Assembly: GCF_964204645.1 (NCBI RefSeq)
Contig: NC_134025.1
Location: forward strand, 23,540,299 to 23,604,298
Source: Tubulanus polymorphus
Lineage: Eukaryota > Animalia > Nemertea
Reading direction: 5' to 3'
Length of the DNA: 64,000 nt
The translations under genes and the position numbers were made by a program. Of the stretch, positions 41,064 through 52,965 are shown one piece after another. The stretch's first letter is position 1, and the number at the start of each line of letters is the position of its first letter. The notes beneath the pieces were generated by a model, which was not told the DNA's origin, made no database searches, and worked only from the letters and a program-made list of their open reading frames with translations.

Positions 41064-42878
41064 ATACAGAGTAAATTCCTCTAATTAGTCATTTTTAATC
41101 TCAAATTTTCCTACTTTTACGATTTTTGGCCAAAAATATGGTTGGAGCTGAAAAACAGATATAGTCTTTAGCCCGATACGAGATCGTAAATGAATTCGAT
41201 ATTCACTACTCATAAGCATTGGTACGTATGACATCATAGATATCAAGCAAAGTGTTTTATCCGAACCGAGATCGGACACCTGATCTACTTACATGTGCCA
41301 ACTAAGCCACACTGCCCGTATGCGTGACCTTTACGTGGAGTAATAGGTGCGACATAATGCTGTATGGTTACAGATGTTTGGAATGTGTTGATAAAATATT
41401 CGTGTAAACGGCATTCGCTGCTATGTTATTTTGTAAATTGTGTTGTATTTTTCACTCACCTCGAGTTTGTCAAATAAACTGTCAATTGTAATCTGTTACC
41501 AGTTCGGCAGAAGTCGGAAGCCAGTGAATTCCGGTCTATGAATAGATTCTGAAGATGATTAATGGAATTCCACTTTAAAAGCACCTTTTTCTATATATAC
41601 ATTTATGTATTCATAATGGGAGGTTGTAAATACTGGGGTTCCAAATCTTAGTTTTTAAAGCGCCCGGTACCAACCAGATTACAGTGCGCCTTTCTGGCAG
41701 TGATCGTTCTTTGGGTAAACATTTACAGTTTCATTACTTGAGTGTCTTTAATATTTGGTAATGAGTTTAGGCCTACGGTAGCTCAAGAAACAATATCTGC
41801 AAGTACGTTTTTCTGTGAATAAAATCAGTACAATTTCAGATTAAGTGAAGAAAACACGTCTCTTTGTCATCTCTGGTCGAACCAAATCATTGAGTGGGCA
41901 CTGGGGATTCTGGTACATACATGAAAAAGTGAGGAATGTAGGTTTAATGGACACTAAGATATTTCGAGATGAATTAAATTCGCGAAACTTTTGACGCGCG
42001 GTATAGGTATGCGGTCCCCATCGTCACTGCGCTCAGTTGTTCCGACAGAAAAACTCGAGAATCATCCGAAAAATTCGGCTTTTCATTTCCTTTAGAACGA
42101 TGTTTTAACTAGATTTATCAAGACTGAAAATTCAATCAAAACTTTTGTTAAAAAAAGGAGCAAACATCATCGCAAAACGATGGGGACCTCTAAGGACTGG
42201 GGCGCCTAGAAACTGGTGACTTCTCTAATAAGTTCGGCCATCTATGCTGTTTTCATCGATGCTTGGAGCTGAAAGAGCGATGATATTCGACTAACTCCGC
42301 AACTAGGAAACGAAAACTCGGTAATCAGAAAATTTCATTGTGGTTCGAATTAGTCGAAGGTCCGAGTTGGCAATGTTTGAGTTAGGCAACGTTTATGTAT
42401 TCTTCTCGGAGAAATTACTCCTTTCTTAGTCAATATTGATTTTTTGTTTCAATTTTCATTTGACGAAAGTATACCTGGATGCCAAAACCTCGAAGATCTG
42501 ATTTGATGAAACAATCTAACATACATTATCCAGTGATTGATAATAAGCTTTTTAATTGTCCCTTAATTGAATCGCCTCTAAAAAAACGAACGCCTCTAAA
42601 GAAACGACTTGGCAATATCAAAATCCTTACTCATTTTTGCGATACGAAACACTGACTAAAAACATCTCCGATCACATGAATGTCGAATATCAAAGTTTAT
42701 ATAAAAGCACAATACAAGTAACATCTGTTTCAAAAATACCGAAAAATGGATTCTACCAATCTTTCGCGATTATAAAGGAAACTTATCGTCGCTTTCCAGA
42801 TGTTGCAATTTTCGCTGATGTTTATCGGCAGAGACTGGGGGACACATTATTTGCAGATAAGAGTGACGTAGATATATA

Positions 42879-43587
42879 TGGTGGCTGATTCGGGTCATAA
42901 CGTACAATTCCTATGCAAATGAGGGCGGTAGAACACAAGAACGTCAAATCGAAAAAAAAGAAACGTCGAATTAACTGAACGATCCATTTTGGCGCGCCAA
43001 AACAAACAATATTCCATTTTGACGCCCCTGTCAACACAAACATCTAACCAGGGTAAAATTATTTTTCAATTTGCATTCAGACGCCAAAACGAAAGTTTGT
43101 TTTGGTGGGGACCAAAGCGAATTTTTAGATGCACATTCGATTTACTATTGGGCGCCAAAACTGAAGATTCTTTGTTTTTGATCTTAAAATAGGGATTGTC
43201 CCCGTTACTTATTTATTTGGTTGGTAAATTTCGTTTGATTTTTCGATTGAGTGTCCATTACAGACCCACCACACCTGCCGGGAGCGAAACAGGGGGTTTG
43301 ATTTTGAAATCGGAAATCGAAGTACAGATATAGTTGTGTGATCGGCGGTCAAGTTAACAGAATATTTTTTAATCGAAGTACATAATTGGAAAATTCGGTT
43401 CCGGTTCATCCAAACAATCTTCCATTCAGTCTGAACCGGCAAGCGACTGATTGGGATGAATTTTTCTGGCTGCCTAATTTATAACATTGAGATTCTGGAA
43501 ATAGCTATAGGCGCACCAAATACGACGTTTTTTTTCGTTCTGGCAATTTTACGTTATGGCCCGGATCAGACAACGAATCAGCCGCCG
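42879..43587. mobile_element. Non-autonomous TIR element with TA flanks (Tc1/mariner-like)
   Basis: TA|TGGTGGCTGATTCG..GGGTCATAACGTACAATT versus AATTTTACGTTATGGCCC...CGAATCAGCCGCCG|TA. Confidence 0.6.
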
Positions 43588-43793
43588 TATGTATAGGGTT
43601 TGATGCGCAAACATTTCTGTCCGCATAAGGTACCCTTTATATAGTTGTCACTGAATAAAGTGACATCTGTTCTAGTTATCATATGTCTATTTTTTGATTG
43701 ATTTTTGTTTCGGACTAGTATATCATTGGCAATCTTTTAACGCAGAGGGATAGGACAAATCAACTTTTCAAATACTGGATACCGTGTTCTACG

Positions 43794-46016
43794 ATGAAGA
43801 TAACAAGGCATTTTCGTCGTTGTTTATATGTTGCTATTCTTTTAGCTGTTGTATATTTTTGTGAGTCAAAAAAATTATTATTTCTATACAAAATAATTTT
43901 CATAAATAGCAAGGCCCAATGTCATACTTCTTATTATCAAATTATTATATCAAATTAACAAGGATTAACTAATTAGTTTATTGAAATTTGTAGTTGCGAG
44001 GGAATCATTATCACGAAAGCGTTCATTACGGGAGATACACGAAAAAAAGATTGCCGACCGTTTAGGATCTCGGAAAGACCAGAAATCATTTCCGATTCCG
44101 ATTCAATACAAACAAAAAAGAACCTTTCCACTGAAAGTAGTATTATTGGGATACATGCGCGGTGGAACTACATTCCTCGGAGAGGTCTTTAAGGGCAATA
44201 CAGATGCGTTTTATTGGTTTGAGCCAATTGCCATGCACTACCTCTATAAATATGGCTTATTGTTACAACCGATGAGTATATTTCCATCTTCGAAGTACAA
44301 GGCAATTACGTAAGTGTAAAACTATAAGTTGCTATTGTCGAGATGCCTGAAATACGTTTTTTTAGGATTACGGGGGCCGAATCACCCCTGGATCAGAAAA
44401 AAATAGAGAAACAATCATAATATGCATAAATCGGCTTGTTACAGATTCAATAATGTAGACTCGAACCAAATAGGGTGTAGTTAAACTCCTTTAGAACATT
44501 AGCCAAATTCGTATTAAGGAATGAAAATCCTGCATTTGCTTCACCATTAGTCCATAGGCCCAACACTCAATGGACAATATTCCATTCAAATACACATGGT
44601 TGTGCCTACGTTTCGTCTCAGCATATGCGTGATTCAACTTCTTCGAACAAACTCAATGTGTTAGTACACGTGTTCAGATGATTTTTCCTCCAGCTCTTGA
44701 TGTAGTATTTAACCATATGTTTTCAGGAAAATACACACTCCGGAAGCTACAAATCAATTGCCAAATAACGACGCATGACATACATAGGCCCTATCCATGG
44801 GCGTCGCTGGGAATGGCGAAATCGGCAATAACCGGAACACGAGCACTGAAGCGGCAGAAGCTGTTTCGGGCATGTCCCCCAAGAAAATTTTGAAATTTCC
44901 AACGAATTTTTTTCGAGCATTTTGAGCGATTTTAAGACGATTTTAAAATCTGAGTCAGAGAAGAAAATTTTATGACAAATGAGCGAAACTCGGTTTTGAG
45001 AAGGTGAATGTTCGTTCGTCTGCCTTGCCAACTAACCTTCGATATTTTCTTTTTTTTGTAGAATGACAGAGGAAGATGACGAAGCTACAGACGCCGCTTT
45101 GGATGCGTTGTTGTCATGTAAACTTAATTCACCTCACATACAGGACGAATATCTATCGCACGCGTTTAACATTCACTTTTCAACCACGAAACTGACGGGA
45201 TATAAAGACTGTTTCAGTAAAAAAATGAAACAATCAAATTTCGTGTTATTGAATTGTTACTTCAAACTTCCAATCTATACCTGCCTAAACAACGTATCGT
45301 ACTGTTCACGTATATTAACTAAATTCAGACGCGAAGGTCATAATGCCTTGTACAGAAAATCTCTCTTCAAATCTGATAAAGACATAAATCAATTCAGGGA
45401 TTGGTACAAGTGCATGGAGCCGATATATAAATCAAATGCGATAAAAGAGTGTCTTGTCGAAGTAGATTTAATCGCTAAGTGTGAGAAAAGTAAAATTCGC
45501 GCCGCGAAAATAATACGTGGAAACGTGAAACAAATATATCGTCTGGCAAAGAAACATCCTGATTGGCTGTTCATTTATTACGTACGCGACCCACGTGGTA
45601 TTGTTAAGTCACGAGATGCGAATAAGTTGCTTACGGCGAAAGGCATAATTGAAGAGGCTCGAGTTTTGTGTTCTCGGATGACGAGTGACAAGATGGGCTT
45701 CGACCAAATGTCCGCTGAATTTCCAAATCGTGTGTTATTTTTGAAATACGAAATGTTCGCCCAAAATCCAATGAAAACGGCCGAGGAAACATTGATGTTT
45801 TTGGGCAGCGAATTTCCGAAGTATCTATCTGATGAACTGTACCGTATGACACATGCAAATCCTCTCGTTACGGGTAATATGGGTACATATAAGGTAAATT
45901 CCACTAAAGCTATGAATGCTTGGCAAGATAAAGTAACATTGACTGAGGTGAAGAAAATGAACGAGTTCTGTAGAGATTTGTACGCCAAATTAGGCTATTT
46001 AGAATATGGACAGTAA
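43794..46016 (+). CDS. Golgi carbohydrate sulfotransferase, copy C (recent duplicate of copy B)
   Basis: Exons 43794-43860, 43994-44309 and 45062-46016. Same intron phases and motifs as copies A and B; long identical stretches with B in exon 3. Confidence 0.9.
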
Positions 46017-46373
46017 ATCGATAGATTCAAAGGAATAACAGTTTTTCACTTGTTAGATGTTTTATATTAAAGCGCTGAATGTTTTTCTTATTGAATGTTC
46101 CACCAGAATGATTTTCATGGGTTTCGTTATTGCCCTATATCGATAATGACCTAAATCAAAAATTCATAGAATGTTGTTTGGCTAAATACATAATCACTTC
46201 TTAATTCGCAATTTGGTGATGGAGGTTAAGGGTCCCAAAGTGATTCTGTACAATAATACACAAAACGGGCCATTTACTATTAACTACGAGTATGTTTTAT
46301 AAATTGAGGTCGCAAATGTTTGTATCTGTAGCTCAAACGAATATTCATAATCGTAATAGTCGTGTGTGTAAGG

Positions 46374-49300
46374 ATGAAAATGGATGTCGGCATTTGGTTG
46401 TCAAAATTCATTTTCGCGTTCAATTTATTACTATTGAAATCAGGTAAACATTTTTGAATTGTTCGATCAACCAGAAGTCTATTTATCTTGGATACTTTTT
46501 AATCTTGATTTTTATGTTCTTTTTTGAATTGATAAGATGCGGGACCAATTGATCCGATTAAAGAATTTACGATTGTTAGGCCCGGTGTTCACTTACATTC
46601 ATGGCTTTACCTCACTGCACACCCAGACGGATTTCACCAAAGACCCCTTATTCTATGGTTATCGGTATTGAGCAATTTTTAAATCATAATGTAATCCAAA
46701 GAAGTGTTTATAAAAAGCTTCATATTAAAATCAAAGTGGCAACGTTATTTTCAAACAACGCCTTTCTAGTGTACCATCTGCTAATGCTTCGAATTCTAGG
46801 GTGGACCAGGTCAATCCAGTATCGCCATGGGTAACTTTTTACAGATTGGACCGTACGATGGTGATTTGAATCCGAGGGACACATCATGGGTGAGTGACCA
46901 GGTGGCCGATTCAGGCCATGAAATTCAAACTTTAGAACGATTTATCCGTTTTAATCCCATGAAAAAAATGCGTATGTTGGATCGCATTTCCAAATCGTTT
47001 TTTTAAACAGGTTAGATATTGTAGTGTTCTGTTCGTCGATAGTCCCGCCGGGTCAGGTTTCAGTTACGCGGATAGCGAGCAGCTGTTTACATCGGATGTC
47101 TCTGGTGTCGTGACCGATTTAATAGAATATCTACGACAATTTTTTTCAGTAAAACATCGTGAATTTAAGGTGAGAAATGTATTGAAATACAGGCGCGATT
47201 CCACAAAAATTGCGTGATCAGTGGGGTAAACCCCTCGTGCCCTCTTGGATCTGCGCCTGAAGAGACGTTGATGAAATTTTGAAACGACTCACGATTGTGG
47301 ACTTGTATGAGCCATACGGACCTGATTGGAATAAAGTATATGAGTATGATTTTCTCAATTTGTTATTAGGGTATACCGTTTTATATTGTGGGGTCATCTT
47401 ATTCCGGAAAAGTTGCACCAAGACTGGCTTTACGACTCCGTAAGGTAAACAATTGATTTTTTTTCAAAATCGACCAAATTCATCCTAACACGTTTTATAT
47501 GCTTAGGAAATAGAAAATGGCCGAATAGACAGCAATCTAAAGGGCGTAGCCATTGGTGGACCATGGATAGCTCCGATAATCAGCGTGAAATCTTACGGTA
47601 ATTTCTGGCATTCCATGGTGAGTTTGACGATTTGATATTCAATTGTGTTATATTTTGTTCCTTTGGAATCCAAAGTGTTATGTTTTGTTCTTTTCGAATT
47701 GACCCCTAACCCTCTATTCGTTTTTATAGTCTTTCCCGCCTGAGCAAAATATAGGACTTTTAATAGGACTTTTAATTTCCTACATTCCCTAAGCTACCGC
47801 CCTCACCCTCTTCCCCAGAGCCTATCTGATATATAGAATTTATAAATATACATTTTCTTTTTGTGTTAGATGTATGATGAATAACGCAGTATATCAATGA
47901 TGTTATCGAATATGCTCGACTGCAATATTTGAAATATCTTCCAAAATATCGATTTCACGCGCTAACTAGATTATTACGTATACTTGATTCGTTATTGGAT
48001 TTTATAGTCGATGATTGACTCGACTGGTAAAACGAAGGTAGACGAATTAGCTGGGCGTTTCGCTGACTTATTGGAAAGTAGCCAAGGAGGGAATCAGAGG
48101 GCATATAACCTATTCTGTGATATACTATCAATGGGACCATATAAAGGGCGAGCAGACGTTAATGTTTACAACGTGAGGGAAAGTAACAATGCTTCTTATA
48201 TTTCTGATCCTGCAGGTACTTTGGCATCGGTATGAAAAAAATTGATATTCCATAAAATTTTACTAGAACAATGCAAATCTTAGGCTTAGAAACTCATACC
48301 TTGTTTCTCCAAATCGGCCGGGTCATTTTGTAAATCGCAATAGAATTTGTTATCAGTTCATTTCTATAACTGCTGGGTCGGTTATGGTTGCTTGATCAGG
48401 ATCTTTTTTAAATGTCGGGTAGATAGGCGGCCGGTCGGATTATCCTTTAAGCTCAGCAGAAATGAGAAACAAGGTATCAGTTTTTTAGCCTTAATAGCTG
48501 ATTTAAGGATGTAGGCCTACACATGTGCCCATTTGAAATGAAAAAAAATAAAAGTCACTTCCTAATCCGACGTAAAGTAAAATGTCATTGGAATTAGAAT
48601 GCTATAATCAAAGTCTTATAGACGCTGACAGACGCTGGTGGACTTATACGATCAACGAATCTCCCGCGTTGAAAAAAGCACTGGGAGAACTGAAACGTTC
48701 ACGACCAGATTTGAAGCATTTCCGATATATTGAGGAAATAAAACGTTCGTATTACACATCTGCCGTGCTGAATTTAAAGTGCAACAGCGCAAGACATTTC
48801 GACCAAAATGAATTCCTAATTTTTCAACTGGGTATAGAAAACAGGGTATATAGACCAAATCGAAGTGATATTTCCTTCAGCTTACAGTATCGATGTCCAT
48901 CGCAAATTGAGAGATGATTGCTTCACAGAATACGAGTCTTTCAAAATCAGTAAGATAACGGTCCATTATTCGAAAATTTGTCAGGACAGTCAACCTCCGA
49001 TATACCGCCCAGAACTATTTTGGCGGTATAGAGAGTATGGCGGTATATCGGGGGTGTTTAACTATGTATTTTTATAGAGATGTACATTGTTAAAACCAGG
49101 CGGTAGGCGGGGGTGGTGGTATATGGGAGGGCGGTATATCGGGGGTTGACCGTATATACATGTTGTATTTTGAAAAATCTATCTCTTACATGTATTTGAT
49201 GAATTGTGAATCTTTTTGCAGTTTCGGAGATTCTTCATACTACTAATTTGACTGTTGTTGTCTATAATGGACAGTTAGATGGTATCGTAACACCAATAGG

Positions 49301-50303
49301 TAATTCCCGATATATCCTGTGATGCCTAATCCAAATTATCAAACGTGGAAACAGGAGACGGGTCAAACATCTTTTCGACCGCTTCCCATGTCGTGAGAGA
49401 AACATGGTTGCCAAGATCAAACATGTTGTATCTGGAAGCAAAATCGAAAACAACGGTCTGGAAGGGCCACATTCGAATATCATCCATAGGCAGGGCCGGA
49501 TCTAGGATTTTTGTAGGGGTGGTGGTCCAGGGAAGTAAAAAGAGACCATGTGAAATGTTACTGTAAGGACGACTCAAGACGTGTAACAACGTAGCACTTA
49601 TCGCCGATGACCGCGAGGGGCTCGAGGGACCCATCTCCCCCTTCGACAATAGAAATGTTTTTAGATTTTGAGAAGAATTTGGTGAGATTTCCACGAAGTT
49701 GAATAAATGAATTCCATCATAAATAATTCACAATACTAACACCACACTCATAATATCATTGCATTCATCATTTTGCATGATAAAATACCACTTGTGATAT
49801 ATTTGTTTTATATTCACCTCAATTGAAAAAAAGGAAAAATCTTGAAATTAGGATTTCTTTGGGATAGACAATTCTAGGAACCTTCAAATTTAGGGGGGAG
49901 GTCTAGACCCCTCTAAATCGGCCCCAGATATGGAGTTCATATTTCTTCGGAAGTAATATCGTTGTTAAAAGTTCTCCCGTCTATTTTTGATTCGGTTCAA
50001 CTAGGAACGGAGGCAGTGCTAAACAATCTAAAATGGTATGGTGCCCGAGAATTTATCAATGCACATACGAACTATTTCAAAACTCCGGGCGACAAAGATA
50101 ATTCCGGTTTCGTCAAAAGATACGCTGGTCTTTCGTATTACGTCGTCTACGGAGCAGGTCACTACGTAAGTTAGTCGATCGCCTGTTATCAGGTTTTCTC
50201 GTCAAAGTGTGTTATTCTCGTTTGCGTTTGCTGTTTTCAGGTATTTGCAGAGAAAGGAATGGCAGGGTTGAAAATACTGAAAGACATGGTTAACGAAAAA
50301 TGA
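46374..50303 (+). CDS. Secreted peptidase family S10 protein, SCPEP1/RISC-like but divergent
   Basis: Twelve phase-consistent exons: 46374-46443, 46537-46664, 46800-46889, 47011-47169, 47370-47444, 47507-47617, 48008-48215, 48622-48744, 48881-48949, 49222-49299, 50005-50165, 50241-50303. Motifs RPLILWLSGGPGQSS, GNFLQIGP, VLFVDSPAGSGFSY, GSSYSGK (Ser), YNGQLD (Asp) and GAGHYV (His); hydrophobic N-terminus. Confidence 0.9.
48987..49152. mobile_element. Tc1/mariner-pogo-type MITE in an intron
   Basis: TIR CAGTCAACCTCCGATATACCGCCC / GGGCGGTATATCGGGGGTTGACCG|TA, with internal repeats of GGCGGTATA. Confidence 0.75.
49491..49926. mobile_element. hAT-like MITE remnant in an intron
   Basis: Termini CAGGGCCGGATCTAG / CTAAATCGGCCCC with G-rich and C-rich subterminal blocks. 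Confidence 0.45.
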
Positions 50304-51200
50304 TGTACATTTTGACATGAAATGTTTATATAGCTGCACTTAAAAACCATTTTTTGTTCAATACATTACCCCAAACTTGAAATATACTGATCGTATCTAT
50401 TTGGGTTTACCTGACTTGGTTTCTTTTAGGCTTTTTTTAAAGGTAATAATGTTCTATGCAACATACACACTAACCATCATCGGGTTTAAAGTTGTGTCAT
50501 AAACTGGCCCTCATAAGACAATTATCGAGGAGGTACTGGTCGAAGCTGGACTCCCAGTCGACAGTCTGACCAACTCCGCATTGAACACTCTGGGAAAGGT
50601 ACAGCGCTGGGAAGCGATATTTGCAATAATCCCCAAGGAAAATTACTTAAACCGGGTTCCGCACGAATTTCTAGACGACGGAGTGACATAAAAACCAACG
50701 ACCGAAATATACGAAACCCGTCCATCAGAACGAATCAGTGGACAATCCATTGGATATGTTCTGCTGCCTTCGCACCACCTTTCCTTGTATCGTTTATATC
50801 TGCGATCGTGGATCAGATGCAGTCTGCCTCGGTAGGTGTATGTCGGCAATTTACAATTTACCTATAATCCCATTGGAATATGAGATTCGAACCTATTGAC
50901 TCATTCTCTTCGTAGACTGGTTGCCGGTCTGAATGGGGACAGGCAACCAGTCTCATTCTCTTGGCTTCATATATATATATATATATATGAGCCATCCACG
51001 TTCCCGTCTCGACCCGTTACTGTCTCGACCCGTTCCCGTCTCGACCCTACCGTACAATAGCGCCACCACAGTCGATTATTTGAACTAAAAGACTACGGCG
51101 CGTATCGGATTCGTTTTTCGCATGTGAACCTACCAACAATTTTAAAAAGTCAAATTAGATTTTTGAAAACTTTTCATTGAAAAGATCGAATGAAGGAAAC

Positions 51201-51408
51201 GGTATAAGCTTAAGTGCAGATCCGCACCTCTCCGCGTAAACGGTTCAATCAATTACATTTGATATCAATATTTCAGATTCAAAATTCAGCAATTCAGTGG
51301 TTTGCCATTGGTTAATTTTTAGATATCTTCACTAGAAAGATTTTATCCTGGATTCTGTCATTCAGCAGATTGCGTCAATCACGAGAGGTGTGGATCTGCA
51401 CTTTTACC
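51201..51408. mobile_element. Merlin-type MITE nested in the left arm of the Sola-type element
   Basis: TIR GGTA..AAGTGCAGATCCGCACCTCTC / GAGAGGTGTGGATCTGCACTTTTACC; 8-bp duplication AAGGAAAC / AAGAAAAC; absent at the mirror position in the right arm (~53330-53350). Confidence 0.75.
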
Positions 51409-51796
51409 AAGAAAACACCTCCAATGTCAACAGAAGTAAAAGTTCAAGATGCGAAGTAAGCAATTTCCCGTCGAGATTTCCTCCCAGAAATAATATATAT
51501 TTACTGGTAAAGCTAAACTAATTTCAAATATAAACTTGAATGAATTACACGAGTGTAATTATTTTGGTTTCTAAAAAATAAAATCAACTTTCTTTAAATC
51601 TCTCAAACCGTTTTTTCAAAAAACGACCCGGCCCGGGGCATTTTGTTTGGGGCATGTTTATTGCCATTAATCAATTCAAATTCATCAATTCATTTATGAA
51701 GAAAATTAATGTATGAATTTTGCACAAAAAAAAATAAAGATGATTGTTAAATTCATGACGCGTTATCTTTCTCTACAGAACCCGTGGGTCTTTCTC

Positions 51797-52235
51797 CATG
51801 GATGCTATGTTCCTGTCTCGACCCTTCAAAACTGTCTCTACTCTCTACACAGTCCCGTGGACACTATGTTCCCGTCTCGACCCTTCAAAACTGTCTCTAG
51901 TCTCTACACAGCCCCGTGGACACCATGTTCCCGTCTCGACCCTTCACATCTGTCTCTACTCTCTACACAGTCCCGTAGACACTATGTTCCCGTCTCGACC
52001 CTTCAAACCTGTCTCTACTCTCTACGCAGTCATGTGGACACTATGTTCCCGTCTCGACCCTTCAAACCTGTCTCTAGTCTCTACACAGTCCCGTGGACAC
52101 CATGTTCCCGTCTCGACCCTTCACATCTGTCTCTACTCTCTACACAGTCATGTGGACACTATGTTCCCGTCTCGACCCTTCAAACCTGTCTCTACTCTTT
52201 AGACAGTCCCGTGGACACCATGTTCCCGTCTCGAC
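51797..52235 (+). repeat. 59-bp minisatellite, ~7.5 copies, inside the Sola-type element
   Basis: Unit ~CCGTGGACAC(T/C)ATGTTCCCGTCTCGACCCTTCAAACCTGTCTCTACTCTCTACACAGTC; CTCGAC recurs at 51817, 51876, 51935 ... 52230. Confidence 0.95.
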
Positions 52236-52819
52236 ATTTTTAGTGGACACAGGTTTAGTGAAGCCATTAAGATGGTGGCTGTGTGTTACGTATCTTGTAC
52301 CAAGATATTTCGATATAAGTAATGATTTGTCATCACGATTTGTCGGGCTACAACAGGCAGAAAAAAAAAGAAAATTAAGATGAGAATGAAAGCCTTTCGT
52401 ATTGAAGACCATGGGATTCAGCCATTCAGGAACATTGTAGCCTAGTTATACTTCTGATATACCTACCGAATTATCGATTATCAAAAATCTAGAATTTCGA
52501 CTATTAGGACAATGTCGGTTGTAATCTTCTGGTTCTTTGAGTTCGTTCTAATGAGTTTTCATTGTAATGTGTATGGTACATATTCCTGAAAATTTCACTG
52601 AGTTTGATTGAAAATTGTAGAAATTGTCCTTATGTATACATGTATCAATATTCAGTCCGTCGGCATCGATTTTGTAGATTTCTCATCTTTTTAATCAATG
52701 AATATTCGATCAATTTTAATATTAATTTCCATCTTTTTTAAAGGCTCGTCCCACTGAGTGGAAATATTACAAGCCGATTAGATATGTCAGAGTATCCCAG
52801 AAACTGTCTAGAAACGGAT

Positions 52820-52965
52820 GTGATGGGTGGAGACGGGAACATGGTGTCCACGGGACTGTGTAGAGAGTAGAGACAGGTTTGAAGGGTCGAGACGGGAACA
52901 TGGTGTCCACATGACTACGTAGAGAGTAGAGACAGATGTGAAGGGTCGAGACGGGAACATGGTGT
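52820..52965 (-). repeat. Inverted copy of the 59-bp minisatellite, ~2.5 copies
   Basis: GGGTCGAGACGGGAACATGGTG at 52884 and 52943, plus a degenerate copy near 52825. Confidence 0.9.

Noticed and set aside
42008-42190. Short inverted repeat GGTCCCCATCG/CGATGGGGACC as a defined transposon
   Set aside because: Only 11 bp of match and no clear target duplication; probably a MITE remnant but not classifiable.
51713-52383. Repetitive ORFs (176, 134 and 96 aa) and a CRISPR-like look in the 59-bp array
   Set aside because: The units are head-to-tail with no unique spacers and no cas genes. The ORFs are by-products of a stop-poor 59-bp minisatellite cycling through frames inside a transposon.
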